Positions 20,435 to 29,959 of a stretch of DNA of 64,000 nt are shown one piece after another (within the stretch, counting starts at the first letter, position 1; each line of letters starts with the position of its first letter). Below the pieces are notes generated by a model that saw only the letters and a list, made by a program, of their open reading frames with translations, made no database searches and had not been told where the DNA came from. This DNA is from an uncultured Methanolobus sp. GTDB taxonomy: Archaea; Halobacteriota; Methanosarcinia; Methanosarcinales; Methanosarcinaceae. Position numbers and translations under genes: made by a program. The stretch is taken from the NCBI GenBank assembly GCA_963675495.1, contig OY776215.1, positions 160,001-224,000 of the forward strand. Reading direction: 5' to 3'.

Positions 20435-20547
20435 CTATAATCCTCTGGAAAATTAATAAATTGAAGCTATTTAGTTTTATGCAGTCTGAAATGTTCTTGA
20501 ACGATTGCTACACTTGTGAACAGTCTATTAGTTTATTCAGGATCCAT

Positions 20548-22059
20548 CTATTCTTTCAGGATCTTGCGTATCATCATAAGTCCGGCAAGATTCACAACTC
20601 CAATAAGGGTTCCCCCTATAATATAACGTGGCTTTTGATAGGGGTTATTGCTTGTGGGTTGTTTTGACGAGCTGAACATATTCACAATTGTGCTGGATTC
20701 TGTGTTTATGGTCTGTTCCATTACGTCATCTGAATCTGATGTGGATACATATTTTATAACATAATCAGTATCCTGCTCCAGTCCAACCAATGAAATAGTA
20801 TCCTGGATGGTTCTTTCAAAAAGTATCGCGTCATTTTTCATCAGGATGAGTTTTCCTTTTTCAGGAACATTGACTTTTAAATTCACATATTCTTTGACGG
20901 GAATTACTGTACCATCAGCAGCCCTCAGATTTCCAGGAAGGTTTAGTATTTCAAGTATTGTGGGTGCGATATCTTCCTGTCCAAACTGGCCTTCTATCAC
21001 GCCGGCATCAACATCTTTTGCTGCAATTACCAGCGGTACCTTTTGTGATTCAGTCATTACGGAATACTTATCAGACTGGTGTCCTCCACGTGAGTCTGAT
21101 GTTGGAAAACTCATACCATGGTCGCCGGTAAGTATAAATGCCATATCATTCTTCCGGCATGTCTTGTAAAGATCCATGGTTGCATTGTCTATGCCTTCTA
21201 TAGTTGCAATGTACCCGCTATCCTTTTTGTAGTGACCTGCACAATCCACAGCCCCTACGTTTATTGTGAGGATGTAGTATTGGTCAGGGTACTCATTTTG
21301 CATCATATCGATCAGGTCAATGGCAGTTTCAATAGCCCATACATCATATGTGTCGTATCTTTCCAGTGAGCCTTCGGGATACTGATCAAGTTGTTTCTGT
21401 AATTTCAGGGACTGTTCCTGCATCATGCCTGCAACGTCAAGGGCTATGCTTTTGTCTGTCCCGGAAAACATATTTGTTTCTGTGACCATTTCCGGTTTGT
21501 TTATTGAGTTGTCCACATCGTGAATTATCACATTCTGCTTGCTACGCATGCCTGAAGAATCCCCTTTCTCCATGATGGCAAAAGTGAGATATCCATTATC
21601 ATGTGCTACATCATACATTGTCGTTCCAAAAGAACTCACGAGTTCACTATCTGCTTTTGAGTATCCTGTGGCTATAACAGAGTGCCCTCCTTCTGTGAAT
21701 GTCTGTGGGGCTACCACGTCCAGCACTCTGCAACTCTGGTCAAATATTTGCAATATATTTTCAGGTTCAGCTTTATCCAGTTCACTGCCATCAATAGCAT
21801 GAGGTGTATACTCTGGATAGACATAACAGGAACTGAGTCCATCAACAATAAGAATGACAGCGCCATGTGGTGTGTTTACAGGATTTATTTCCACAGTTTC
21901 GCTTGCACTACAGGTAGGAATCAGGAACAAGAGTAAAAAGAAAATTGCACAAAACCGAAAGGCTCTAAGCCTGTACCTGCTGTATCCAGTGTATTTTAAA
22001 CACTTATGCTTCATTCCGTTTTTTCCGACTGTCATCTCTTCATGGAAGAAACTTTCCAC
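20548..22059 (-). CDS. Alkaline-phosphatase/sulfatase-superfamily exported enzyme with a C-terminal membrane anchor
   Basis: LIVDG, VDCAGH, TGDHG and DIAPTIL motifs; signal peptide; true start probably slightly downstream. Confidence 0.8.
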   Translation of the reverse strand: MESFFHEEMTVGKNGMKHKCLKYTGYSRYRLRAFRFCAIFFLLLFLIPTCSASETVEINPVNTPHGAVILIVDGLSSCYVYPEYTPHAIDGSELDKAEPENILQIFDQSCRVLDVVAPQTFTEGGHSVIATGYSKADSELVSSFGTTMYDVAHDNGYLTFAIMEKGDSSGMRSKQNVIIHDVDNSINKPEMVTETNMFSGTDKSIALDVAGMMQEQSLKLQKQLDQYPEGSLERYDTYDVWAIETAIDLIDMMQNEYPDQYYILTINVGAVDCAGHYKKDSGYIATIEGIDNATMDLYKTCRKNDMAFILTGDHGMSFPTSDSRGGHQSDKYSVMTESQKVPLVIAAKDVDAGVIEGQFGQEDIAPTILEILNLPGNLRAADGTVIPVKEYVNLKVNVPEKGKLILMKNDAILFERTIQDTISLVGLEQDTDYVIKYVSTSDSDDVMEQTINTESSTIVNMFSSSKQPTSNNPYQKPRYIIGGTLIGVVNLAGLMMIRKILKE

Positions 22060-22552
22060 ATAATAAAGTTTCTATTTGAATCTACTTTTTATTCAATGAT
22101 ATAAATGGAATCTGATGTATTTTTTGTATTTTGGTTCGGTGTGTGGAACTATATTTAGTTACATATTTTTCTGATTTTGTATATACTTCAAAATATGTTT
22201 GGCGTAATAATATTTAGTTACATTCATTACAATTTAATAAATATGGGGCTATCATTAAATTTTGTAAAAAAGTAAACAATTATATTTAACTATTTTTATA
22301 TATTACTTTTTAGCTTATATTTGATAGAGGTTGCAACAACAAAATACTAATATTAATCTATCAAAAATAGTGCAGTGAGTTACTGCAAATCATGGCTACT
22401 TAACAAATTTACTAATAAAGATATCACTTAACATTGTAAACATATTATATGGTTTCCTTGTTTCAAAAGACACGTAAACAAAATATTATTGTTCTCAAAG
22501 TTCTGTATTAGTAATAGAACTGTGCAAAAAGGGTATGTTTTCCAAAAACGAG

Positions 22553-22597
22553 TTATTCAATAGTATGCAAGAATACTGGTGTTCTGATTTTCACCAT
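22553..22597 (-). CDS. 14-aa micropeptide MVKIRTPVFLHTIE
   Basis: Codon-aligned paralogue at 24867-24911 with synonymous and conservative changes. Confidence 0.55.
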   Translation of the reverse strand: MVKIRTPVFLHTIE

Positions 22598-23044
22598 CAC
22601 AAAAAATCAGTAGCATTAGAATTGGCGTATGTTTTTATTTTGATCAATAAATCTATATATGTATGCTATAAGCTTGCCATATAAGTTTGTGTCAATTAAA
22701 AGTTAAATGTAATCGTCCTTATTCTATATTTCACTGATAATTGGGAGAATTTAGGCGTAGTCAGCCTTGCATACTTAATAAGCGTTCTTTTTTGGGAGGT
22801 TACAAAGGCATGAGTACTGACTATGTGCAATAGAAAGCTTAAACTTGAAACGATTATTATAATACATGCGTAATCCGAGAAGTATTTCCAGCATAAAAGA
22901 TGAAGAAACACATCTCAATGAAAAAAAGAAAGGCTATTGCAAACTCTCTTAGGCGTCTTCCGGAACCATCTAGGGATAAATGACATTAAAAATAATGCAA
23001 CAGCCTAGTTAAAAATTACAAAAAATATACAACCCTGCAAAATT

Positions 23045-24175
23045 TCACTCCTCACTTTTCACTCCATCCTTCAGGAAAAGTGACAAAACCATAAAAACAG
23101 CACTCAAAACAAACACTGCCTGGTAACCCAGATTAACAAATAATCCTGCGAGAATTGGCATGAATGCGAGTCCTGCGTAGGTGTATGTATTGAAGATCCC
23201 CATGGCAAGTCCTTTGTCAAAAGGCATGTGGGATACGGCTATTGGCAGTCCTATCATTCCTGTTCCTGAGCCTATGCCCAGTAGTGCGAAGCCTAAAAAC
23301 GGGAATTCGGTGGCTATTATCACACCGGATGCTGCCAGTAGAACTCCTGTGAATACCATTTTATTATATTCCAGGTTCATTCTTCCGACAATGATATTGG
23401 TGGCCATTGAACTTGCATAAAGTATGGCGATTGCAATGCCAAGTTCTGGTTTGCTTAGGGTGTCCTTGCTGTATTCCGGATAGAAAGCAAGCATCACTCC
23501 TGTTATTCCGAAAATCAGGAATGCTGTGATCCATATGCGCAGAAATCTTATGTCGAATATTTTATTGATTATCTTCCTGGCATTTGATACAGGGGTAGTC
23601 TTTCTGACTATTGTTTTAGTAGGCTCGTTCTTTGTAAATAAAGAAGGTAGACCAATGGATAATATTAGTGCAGCTACAATGGTGAACAGGATGATTCCGC
23701 CTTTTATTGACCATTCAGCTAAAAATCCTGACGATAAGACTCCTACAGCAAGACCGGCATTTAGCAGAAAATTGAACTCTCCGATGTAGCGGTTCTTTTC
23801 CCGGAAGCCAGAAAGTATTGCATAGGCTGCTGGGAAGAATGCTCCACAAGCGATGCCTTCGATAAGTCGGCCAGCGATAAGCAGGTATATATTTTCAGTA
23901 AAAGTAAGTACCATTCCTGCAAAGAAAGTGAGTGCAATTGAAAGCACAATGAATCTTATATACTGATAGGCATCCGCCAGTAATCCAAAGGGAATCATGG
24001 TGAGTAAAGCGCCAATGAAGTAACCTGAAAATAATAATGTACTTATAAGGCTACTATAGTTTGCCTGTCCGCTTGAAGATATTTCAGGCAATACCGGAAT
24101 AACAGAATTAGATAATGCCATAATTAGAAATACTGTCGAGTAAATCAAAAACCGGTTTTTTTCCATATATTTCAC
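23045..24175 (-). CDS. MFS transporter
   Basis: About 12 TM helices; PFGLLAD and GRLIEGI motifs. Confidence 0.85.
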   Translation of the reverse strand: MKYMEKNRFLIYSTVFLIMALSNSVIPVLPEISSSGQANYSSLISTLLFSGYFIGALLTMIPFGLLADAYQYIRFIVLSIALTFFAGMVLTFTENIYLLIAGRLIEGIACGAFFPAAYAILSGFREKNRYIGEFNFLLNAGLAVGVLSSGFLAEWSIKGGIILFTIVAALILSIGLPSLFTKNEPTKTIVRKTTPVSNARKIINKIFDIRFLRIWITAFLIFGITGVMLAFYPEYSKDTLSKPELGIAIAILYASSMATNIIVGRMNLEYNKMVFTGVLLAASGVIIATEFPFLGFALLGIGSGTGMIGLPIAVSHMPFDKGLAMGIFNTYTYAGLAFMPILAGLFVNLGYQAVFVLSAVFMVLSLFLKDGVKSEE

Positions 24176-24866
24176 CTGTTATAGGAATATTCAATAACAT
24201 GGCATACTATTTAGGTTTAGAAGTTGTAATTTAATGATTAAGTGCCTGTTGAATATTTTGCTATGAAAAACTCTCACAAATTCATATATGTATAGTAAAG
24301 TATATACTTCTAAAAAATGTCGAAAAAAGTGAGTTCAAAGAATTTAACAGACTTATTTAGCATATAGTTTATTATCTATATTTAGTAGTAGTATTGTAAA
24401 AAAAATAGTTCATAATTGTAATATTATTATTTAAAATTTAAATTTAATAAAAAAGCTCTAATTTTATAAGCTTATATTTATATTATATTTATTAGTTTGC
24501 TGAGTATAGACTAAACATACAGATTAATTATTTATAAAAATATAGGGATAAAAATAATAACATTTATATAAAATTTTACGATATAGTAAATAAATTAGTA
24601 ACTTTCAACAAATATTAATTCTAAAAACTTATTTTATTATAATGTTATATTTTCTGACAATTTGTGCTCACTTTGCTTCGTGTAATATATTTCATTTACG
24701 AACCATTGTTTTAATTATGGTTTGGTGACTGATTATAAGTAAATATCTTTTTATTAAGGCAAATTTCGATTTAACTTTGCAATTCTACAGTTTCAAAGAC
24801 TATATGAATAAGGTGTGCATTATATCCGGTATAATTTTCTTTACTATTATTGTATAGATCCTGGTG

Positions 24867-24911
24867 ATGGTGAAGGTCAAGACTAGTGTATTCATACATA
24901 CTATGGAATGA
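24867..24911 (+). CDS. 14-aa micropeptide MVKVKTSVFIHTME
   Basis: Paralogue of 22553-22597; shares the downstream AAAACATACCCTTTTT. Confidence 0.55.
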   Translation: MVKVKTSVFIHTME

Positions 24912-25501
24912 CCAATTTTAGAAAAACATACCCTTTTTAGGATTTTTGAGAAATCCAATAATCCGTTCATATATACTATAAGAATATGGATTTTTTATGT
25001 TTTTACGCTTTGAGATCAGGAAATCCATGCAATATTTTTTTTAAAGTTCTTGAAAAAAACATTTTTAATAATATTATTAAGTTCCCGGATTTTTAAGCAC
25101 TTTTTATATTATTGGCGTTAGTTTTAGTTTAGTTTTTTCGGCGTCCGACCTATAGACTAAACATGTTGAAAACTATTATATAAAAATAGCATAATTTAAT
25201 TGGTTCTGAAACTACATGACAGTTTAAAGAAATTAAGCTAAATAACTGCAAGTAATAATAAACATCTAATTTTATTAGAATTTTAGCGACTTGTTGGGTA
25301 AATCGGGAAAATTGCCGTTTTTGTTCGTAATTGTACGAAAACAACCGTTTAATTAAGTATATCTTTATAAATATAAGTTAATAATATTCTATTATTATCA
25401 CATTGTAATAATTAAACGTAACAAAATATTGTTACATTGCATTATACAGTAAAGTATATACTAAAATCAAAGAAAATGTAACTATATTCAGTTACATTTT
25501 A

Positions 25502-25639
25502 CTATTTTGGAGACACTTTGAAGTTTTCACAACTTTTAACCCGGTTTTCAATACTTCCTAATTTATACCAGACAGATGCATTAATCAGCAAACTTGCACC
25601 AGTGGTTAAAGATAAGATCATTGTTTCAATTTCCGGCAT
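25502..25639 (-). CDS. 45-aa single-TM protein (virus-like)
   Basis: MPEIETMILSLTTGASLLINASVWYKLGSIENRVKSCENFKVSPK; overlaps the upstream gene and has a GGAG RBS. Confidence 0.5.
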   Translation of the reverse strand: MPEIETMILSLTTGASLLINASVWYKLGSIENRVKSCENFKVSPK

Positions 25640-25805
25640 TGTCCTTATCTCCTGTTGCAAAGTAGTAAGCCACCACGGACCCTGTAAGAGTCAATAATTC
25701 CGTACATGGTATTTGACCAGCAGTAAAACCAATGCAAGAACCTGTTAGCAAAAGTGCCAGAGCTGCCCGGATACTTCTTTTAGGTAAGTTAAAAGCCATG
25801 CTCAT
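25626..25805 (-). CDS. 59-aa two-TM holin-like protein
   Basis: MSMAFNLPKRSIRAALALLLTGSCIGF...LLTLTGSVVAYYFATG; GGAGGT RBS; overlaps both neighbours. Confidence 0.55.
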   Translation of the reverse strand: MSMAFNLPKRSIRAALALLLTGSCIGFTAGQIPCTELLTLTGSVVAYYFATGDKDNAGN

Positions 25806-26145
25806 TTAATACCTCCTGATATCGCTTTTTTAATCTGTTCCGTGTGTATAGGTCACACTCTTTTGAGCTTACCAAAGCACCCCGGAGTAATCCCCACGGG
25901 TGCATTACATGGCCTTTTTTCTTGATGTGCTTAAGCCCGTATTCATGGCCTAATTCATGCAGTAAACGCAATTTCCAATTAAGAACCTTACATATCACAA
26001 TTTCCTTACTGGAATGGTAACAAATACCTAAAGCCAAAATGCAAGGATATCCGCTATCTGTGGGCTTTGTTAGGTACTTGAAACCGTGACGTTTAAACTT
26101 GTAAAGGAAAAAGGGAAGTAGGCCCATTATCTTTATTTTGTACAT
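25789..26145 (-). CDS. Small metzincin-like Zn metallopeptidase
   Basis: HELGHEYGLKH (HExxHxxGxxH) followed by the Met-turn VMHP; GGAGG RBS. Confidence 0.75.
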   Translation of the reverse strand: MYKIKIMGLLPFFLYKFKRHGFKYLTKPTDSGYPCILALGICYHSSKEIVICKVLNWKLRLLHELGHEYGLKHIKKKGHVMHPWGLLRGALVSSKECDLYTRNRLKKRYQEVLNEHGF

Positions 26146-26160
26146 GTCTACCCTCCAATT

Positions 26161-26430
26161 TCACGAAAATGAAGGGGTTGCTATTGGTTCTGAAAACGAA
26201 CCAAGCATTTTAAAGTTTCTTACTTCTGCATAGTAATTTGCATCTTTTACTACATGTAGCTCTACGATATCGCCTGCTTTTATTCCTGACACATCAAGGG
26301 TTTTTGTTTTCCATGATCCAGATGATGTTCCATAATTTACAGTATGTAGAATTTCGCTATTGACCTCTATTGTGAAAGTACATATTGGGTATGTATCAAA
26401 GTAATATTCAAAGGTAAACCTTACTGCAAA
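26161..26430 (-). pseudogene. 3' fragment of a beta-rich protein (possible viral tail/receptor-binding protein)
   Basis: Open frame FAVRFTFEYY...WKTKTLDVSGIKAGDIVEL...VRNFKMLG...* with no start codon. Confidence 0.45.
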
Positions 26431-26525
26431 AACTAAGTTATAATGTATTTATATTATAACAAAAAAAATGCCTACGCAGGTTAAAATGCCCGTCGTGAGA
26501 TTTAAATAAGGTGCCTGAAATGGTT

Positions 26526-26590
26526 AAAAGGGGGAAACACCAGTAGTTGCACTGGTGTTTTTGTGAACCACCCCATTTAATGCCCCATTA
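26526..26590 (-). ncRNA. Candidate sRNA A1 (G-rich 5' segment, terminal hairpin, pyrimidine tail)
   Basis: TTTAAATA box near 26608-26615; 10-bp perfect stem AAACACCAGT/ACTGGTGTTT; CCCCCTTTT tail; paralogous to A2. Confidence 0.45.
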
Positions 26591-26709
26591 ATAAGTAATA
26601 TTGTTCAGTATTTAAAATAACTGGGTTGTATTTTTTAATGACACTAAAATTTCAATAGTCTTTAAAACACCCGTCGATAGATTAAAAAAAGTTGCTTGAT
26701 GTGATTATA

Positions 26710-26777
26710 GAAAAGAACACCGATAATAATTATCGATGTTCGTGTGGGGTTTGGGGGGTGGTACTTAAAAAAGTACA
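26710..26777 (-). ncRNA. Candidate sRNA B1 (C-rich anti-SD segment between two hairpins)
   Basis: TTAATATA box near 26800; GUAC..GUAC 5' stem; CACCCCCCAAACCCCAC; long stem with a U-G pair that forms only on the minus strand; U tail. Confidence 0.45.
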
Positions 26778-27734
26778 AATTACACTAATGAACTACTATT
26801 ATATTAATGGATAGGTTTCTGATTGGAAACTTACATTACTGAAATAATTCCCGTATCCTTACCTAGGGGGATAGGTCTTAAAACTTCGGTTTTCATCGAC
26901 TAAAACATAGTGGTAAGGTTCCAGTGCTCGGACTTCATCCATAAACCCTAGCTTATTGATTTCTTTTAATGATAATTGTTTTTCCCCACCAACCTAAAGA
27001 ATATCAAATAACGGGCAAGTTTTACAAGAACAATGTTAAGCTGTGTGGGTCTTCTGGATCTATAGCCAGTTGCTAACTTGAAATGATGGTTAAAGTCGTT
27101 AAGTCCCCTCTATTTGGCCAAATTTCTTTTTTTAGTTAACTTGCAGTCAAAAAAACCAATGGTAAGTCCTCTTTATTGGTCATAGCAGCGTGGGACACTA
27201 GTAGATATTTTTATATTTAGTTCCACAAATTATATATTTCTAATATGTAACACTACTATTAATGTTTTTGAATTTATTTCCTAATTAGGACAATTAACTA
27301 TATTTTGTCCATCGTGCAAACAGAATAATTATCCTTTTGAGGATAAAAATAACCCAATCTTAAAAATAATTTTGTATGCATTTATATGCAACAACGAATT
27401 TAACCTATTTGGGTTAAAACATCTGTACGTGAATTAAGGACATTAGCCAAATATGGACAAAACAATAAGTGTTTAGTAGGGTAACTACTCTCCAATTTGA
27501 TTAGATAATAGAAAGAGAAATAATACTATTTTAATAATGTGTGTATTTTTGATAATGATATTATCAAAATACCTAGCGTATTATTTATTAAATAAAATAA
27601 ACGTTTATTTTGTTAGAAAGACATTCAACTGGCACTTTTTAATTACAATGTATTGTTTAGTAGTTTGATAGATTTGTCATTGTTAAGTGTATAAATAATA
27701 AACAATATGAAATAATAGAAGAAATTTAAACCTT

Positions 27735-27802
27735 AAAAAGGAATGCACCAGCATTTAAACTGGTGCTTTGTGATACCAACCCCTATACTATGCCTACCAC
27801 AT
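27735..27802 (-). ncRNA. Candidate sRNA A2
   Basis: TTAAATAT box near 27823-27830; GGGGTTGGTATCACAAAGCACCAG..CTGGTGC..CCTTTTT, colinear with A1. Confidence 0.45.
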
Positions 27803-27953
27803 CTGTATATTTAGAATGCATTATATTTAACTACATTGGCAGATATACATGTCAGGTAAATAAAAAATTCATCTATATACTTGTTCTATAAATGCCAATT
27901 ATTTAAGTGATTGTTACTACAATAAATGTTTAACAAATCAATAAAAATCTCTT

Positions 27954-28030
27954 AAAAAAAAAGTATCATTAAATGAAATCAGTTTCCTGAAATGATATTA
28001 AATGAGGGTACAAAGGTGGTACTAGGTGAA
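27954..28030 (-). ncRNA. Candidate sRNA B2
   Basis: UCACCUAGUACCACCU anti-SD segment sharing GUACCACC with B1; UCAG-GAAA-CUGA GNRA hairpin inside a longer stem; long U tail. Confidence 0.4.
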
Positions 28031-28468
28031 ATACGTTATATAATAGGTCTGATTTAATTTCCCATTTCAAAAAACACAAATTGGTTTTGTTCCCTCATTA
28101 TTTTATTGTATGCAAATGTTGCTATTTAAATTTATTGTATTATTTTAGGATTTTGGATTCCATTTTTTCTTAGTCTAAAACCTAAGGTATAACAAAAAAC
28201 AAACCACTATATTAATTTTAATAGTATGATTATAAATAAATCAAGTAGTATTTTTCACTAATATTTGGTTTCAAAACTCCCACCAGACACAATGTACAAA
28301 TGTAAATATAAAAATAGTATAATACAATACATACTTTTTTGTTTTTTTAATTTAGTTACGGGTGACAGTATATGAATATTTCAAATAGTTATATTTAAAA
28401 AATTTTATATATAAAGTTACTGATGAGTTTGCATTCATCGCACAAATAGCGAGCACACAAATTCATGA

Positions 28469-28981
28469 TTAAATATTAATTTGAAGCCCAAACAGATCTT
28501 TAAAATCTGCATATTTTTTTCTGGCTCTGTAAAGATATTGTCGAACATATTTTTCACCACGGACCTTTGCATACATGGAATTTATCTCGGCAGGGGTGAA
28601 AACAGCCTTTAATTTTTTATTGTCGATATCATCAAGAAATTTAAGATTATTGCTGCTTTCCACATCGAAAAATTGAGATATTAACTCCTCATCCTTCCAT
28701 GTCCAGTCTTTGTCATATATAATAGCAAATAGCTTATTGCATGAATTACATTTTGCCGCCACTATCATTCCATTTTCATAGGAATGATAACTGATACTAA
28801 CTACATTTGAATCACAATGACTGCAAACCCCAATAAAATTCATGTCAATACTTTGGGGTTCCAGATTCACACTGTCAACTTGCATTACATTTTTTTCAAT
28901 ATCGTACCTGATATCCATATAGTCACCAAAAAACTGAGAGATATAAGAAAATGTTTTTATCATATTAGGCTTTTTTCTCAT
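28469..28981 (-). CDS. Hypothetical Zn-ribbon protein
   Basis: CSHC...CNSC; C-terminal YVRQYLYRARKK. True start probably MDIRYD near 28918. Confidence 0.7.
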   Translation of the reverse strand: MRKKPNMIKTFSYISQFFGDYMDIRYDIEKNVMQVDSVNLEPQSIDMNFIGVCSHCDSNVVSISYHSYENGMIVAAKCNSCNKLFAIIYDKDWTWKDEELISQFFDVESSNNLKFLDDIDNKKLKAVFTPAEINSMYAKVRGEKYVRQYLYRARKKYADFKDLFGLQINI

Positions 28982-29077
28982 TTCGATATATTAATTCACC
29001 TCATACTATAAAAATTTAGAAACATTTATATGGATTAAATTCCATATAAAAGATTGTGCTATATATGGGGTGAAGTA

Positions 29078-29401
29078 ATGGACTCAATTCGCGCAAAAAT
29101 AAAACGAAGATTACAAAAGTTCATCGAACTCGATTGTAATGGACTCCGTAGTCATATATTGTCGCTGTTCTTAAATGCAAAAGAGACAACTGTTGATGAA
29201 TTACACGCAAATATCGCTCAAAAATATGATATTTCGCGTAGTGCTGTGGCATCAATGGTAGGTTACATCTATTCAAAATTAGGTGTGCTTAGATCTCATA
29301 AGGAATCTTATAAGACTCCTATAGTTTATTCTTTGAAAGAAGAATATGTGGATCTTATCAGAAATACACTGGAATCACAATCAGCAGTCTCAAGCTGCTG
29401 A
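29078..29401 (+). CDS. DUF2551-family winged-helix protein
   Basis: RSAVASMVGYIYSKLGVL motif; ATG 29078 follows GGGGTGA. Confidence 0.75.
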   Translation: MDSIRAKIKRRLQKFIELDCNGLRSHILSLFLNAKETTVDELHANIAQKYDISRSAVASMVGYIYSKLGVLRSHKESYKTPIVYSLKEEYVDLIRNTLESQSAVSSC

Positions 29402-29424
29402 TATTTATTTAGGCTTGATAGTAA

Positions 29425-29829
29425 ATGTCTATCGTAAAGAATGCTCCACGTACATCCACTACGTTAGTTGTACGTTCTGATTCTAATTCTCGTATAACAC
29501 ATTCCAGGGACCCGTACTACAATTTAATGAGGCGACTTTTTCAGGAAGAGGCAACTGCTATTCGTGGCCAGAAATTTCTTATGATGGTTGAAGATCGCCA
29601 AAAAAGTGGAGATCCTATCAAAACAAGTGAATGGGAATCATTACTTGCAGAGCTGGATATAGGACGCGCTTCATTTTATGCCATGCGCAATAAATTGCTA
29701 GGCGCTGGCCTTATTTCTCACAAAAATCAGGAATATCGTCTATCAGGACAGTTCAGTAAAGACCTGGTAGACATGGCTAGATGGTGGTGGACTGCAATTC
29801 TCGATGAAAATCCGGAAGGACTTGAATAA
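29425..29829 (+). CDS. Conserved hypothetical archaeal protein, probable winged helix
   Basis: ELDIGRASFYAMRNKLLGAGLI HTH-like segment. Confidence 0.7.
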   Translation: MSIVKNAPRTSTTLVVRSDSNSRITHSRDPYYNLMRRLFQEEATAIRGQKFLMMVEDRQKSGDPIKTSEWESLLAELDIGRASFYAMRNKLLGAGLISHKNQEYRLSGQFSKDLVDMARWWWTAILDENPEGLE

Positions 29830-29886
29830 GCATCCTACCGATACCTTAATATCTAACCTTTACAATTAAGGGAATGCATTCACCAT

Positions 29887-29959
29887 AGCCCGGTAGTGTA
29901 GTGGTCAATCATGCAGGACTCTGGATCCCGCAACCTCGGTTCGAATCCGTGCCGGGCTA
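29887..29959 (+). tRNA. tRNA-Gln (anticodon CTG)
   Basis: AGCCCGG/CCGGGCT acceptor stem, CT-CTG-GA anticodon loop, GGTTCGAATCC T arm; 73 nt, no encoded CCA. Confidence 0.95.

Noticed and set aside
26526-28060. Peptide-coding reading of the A/B units (GTG-GTA/GTT starts)
   Set aside because: Frames, lengths and residues are not conserved between paralogues, whereas hairpins and tails are; an RNA role is preferred but not proven.
22060-28460. CRISPR array or replication origin in the long AT-rich region
   Set aside because: No regularly spaced identical repeats, no repeated ORB boxes and no cdc6/orc1 gene; only isolated GTTCCAGTG-like fragments.
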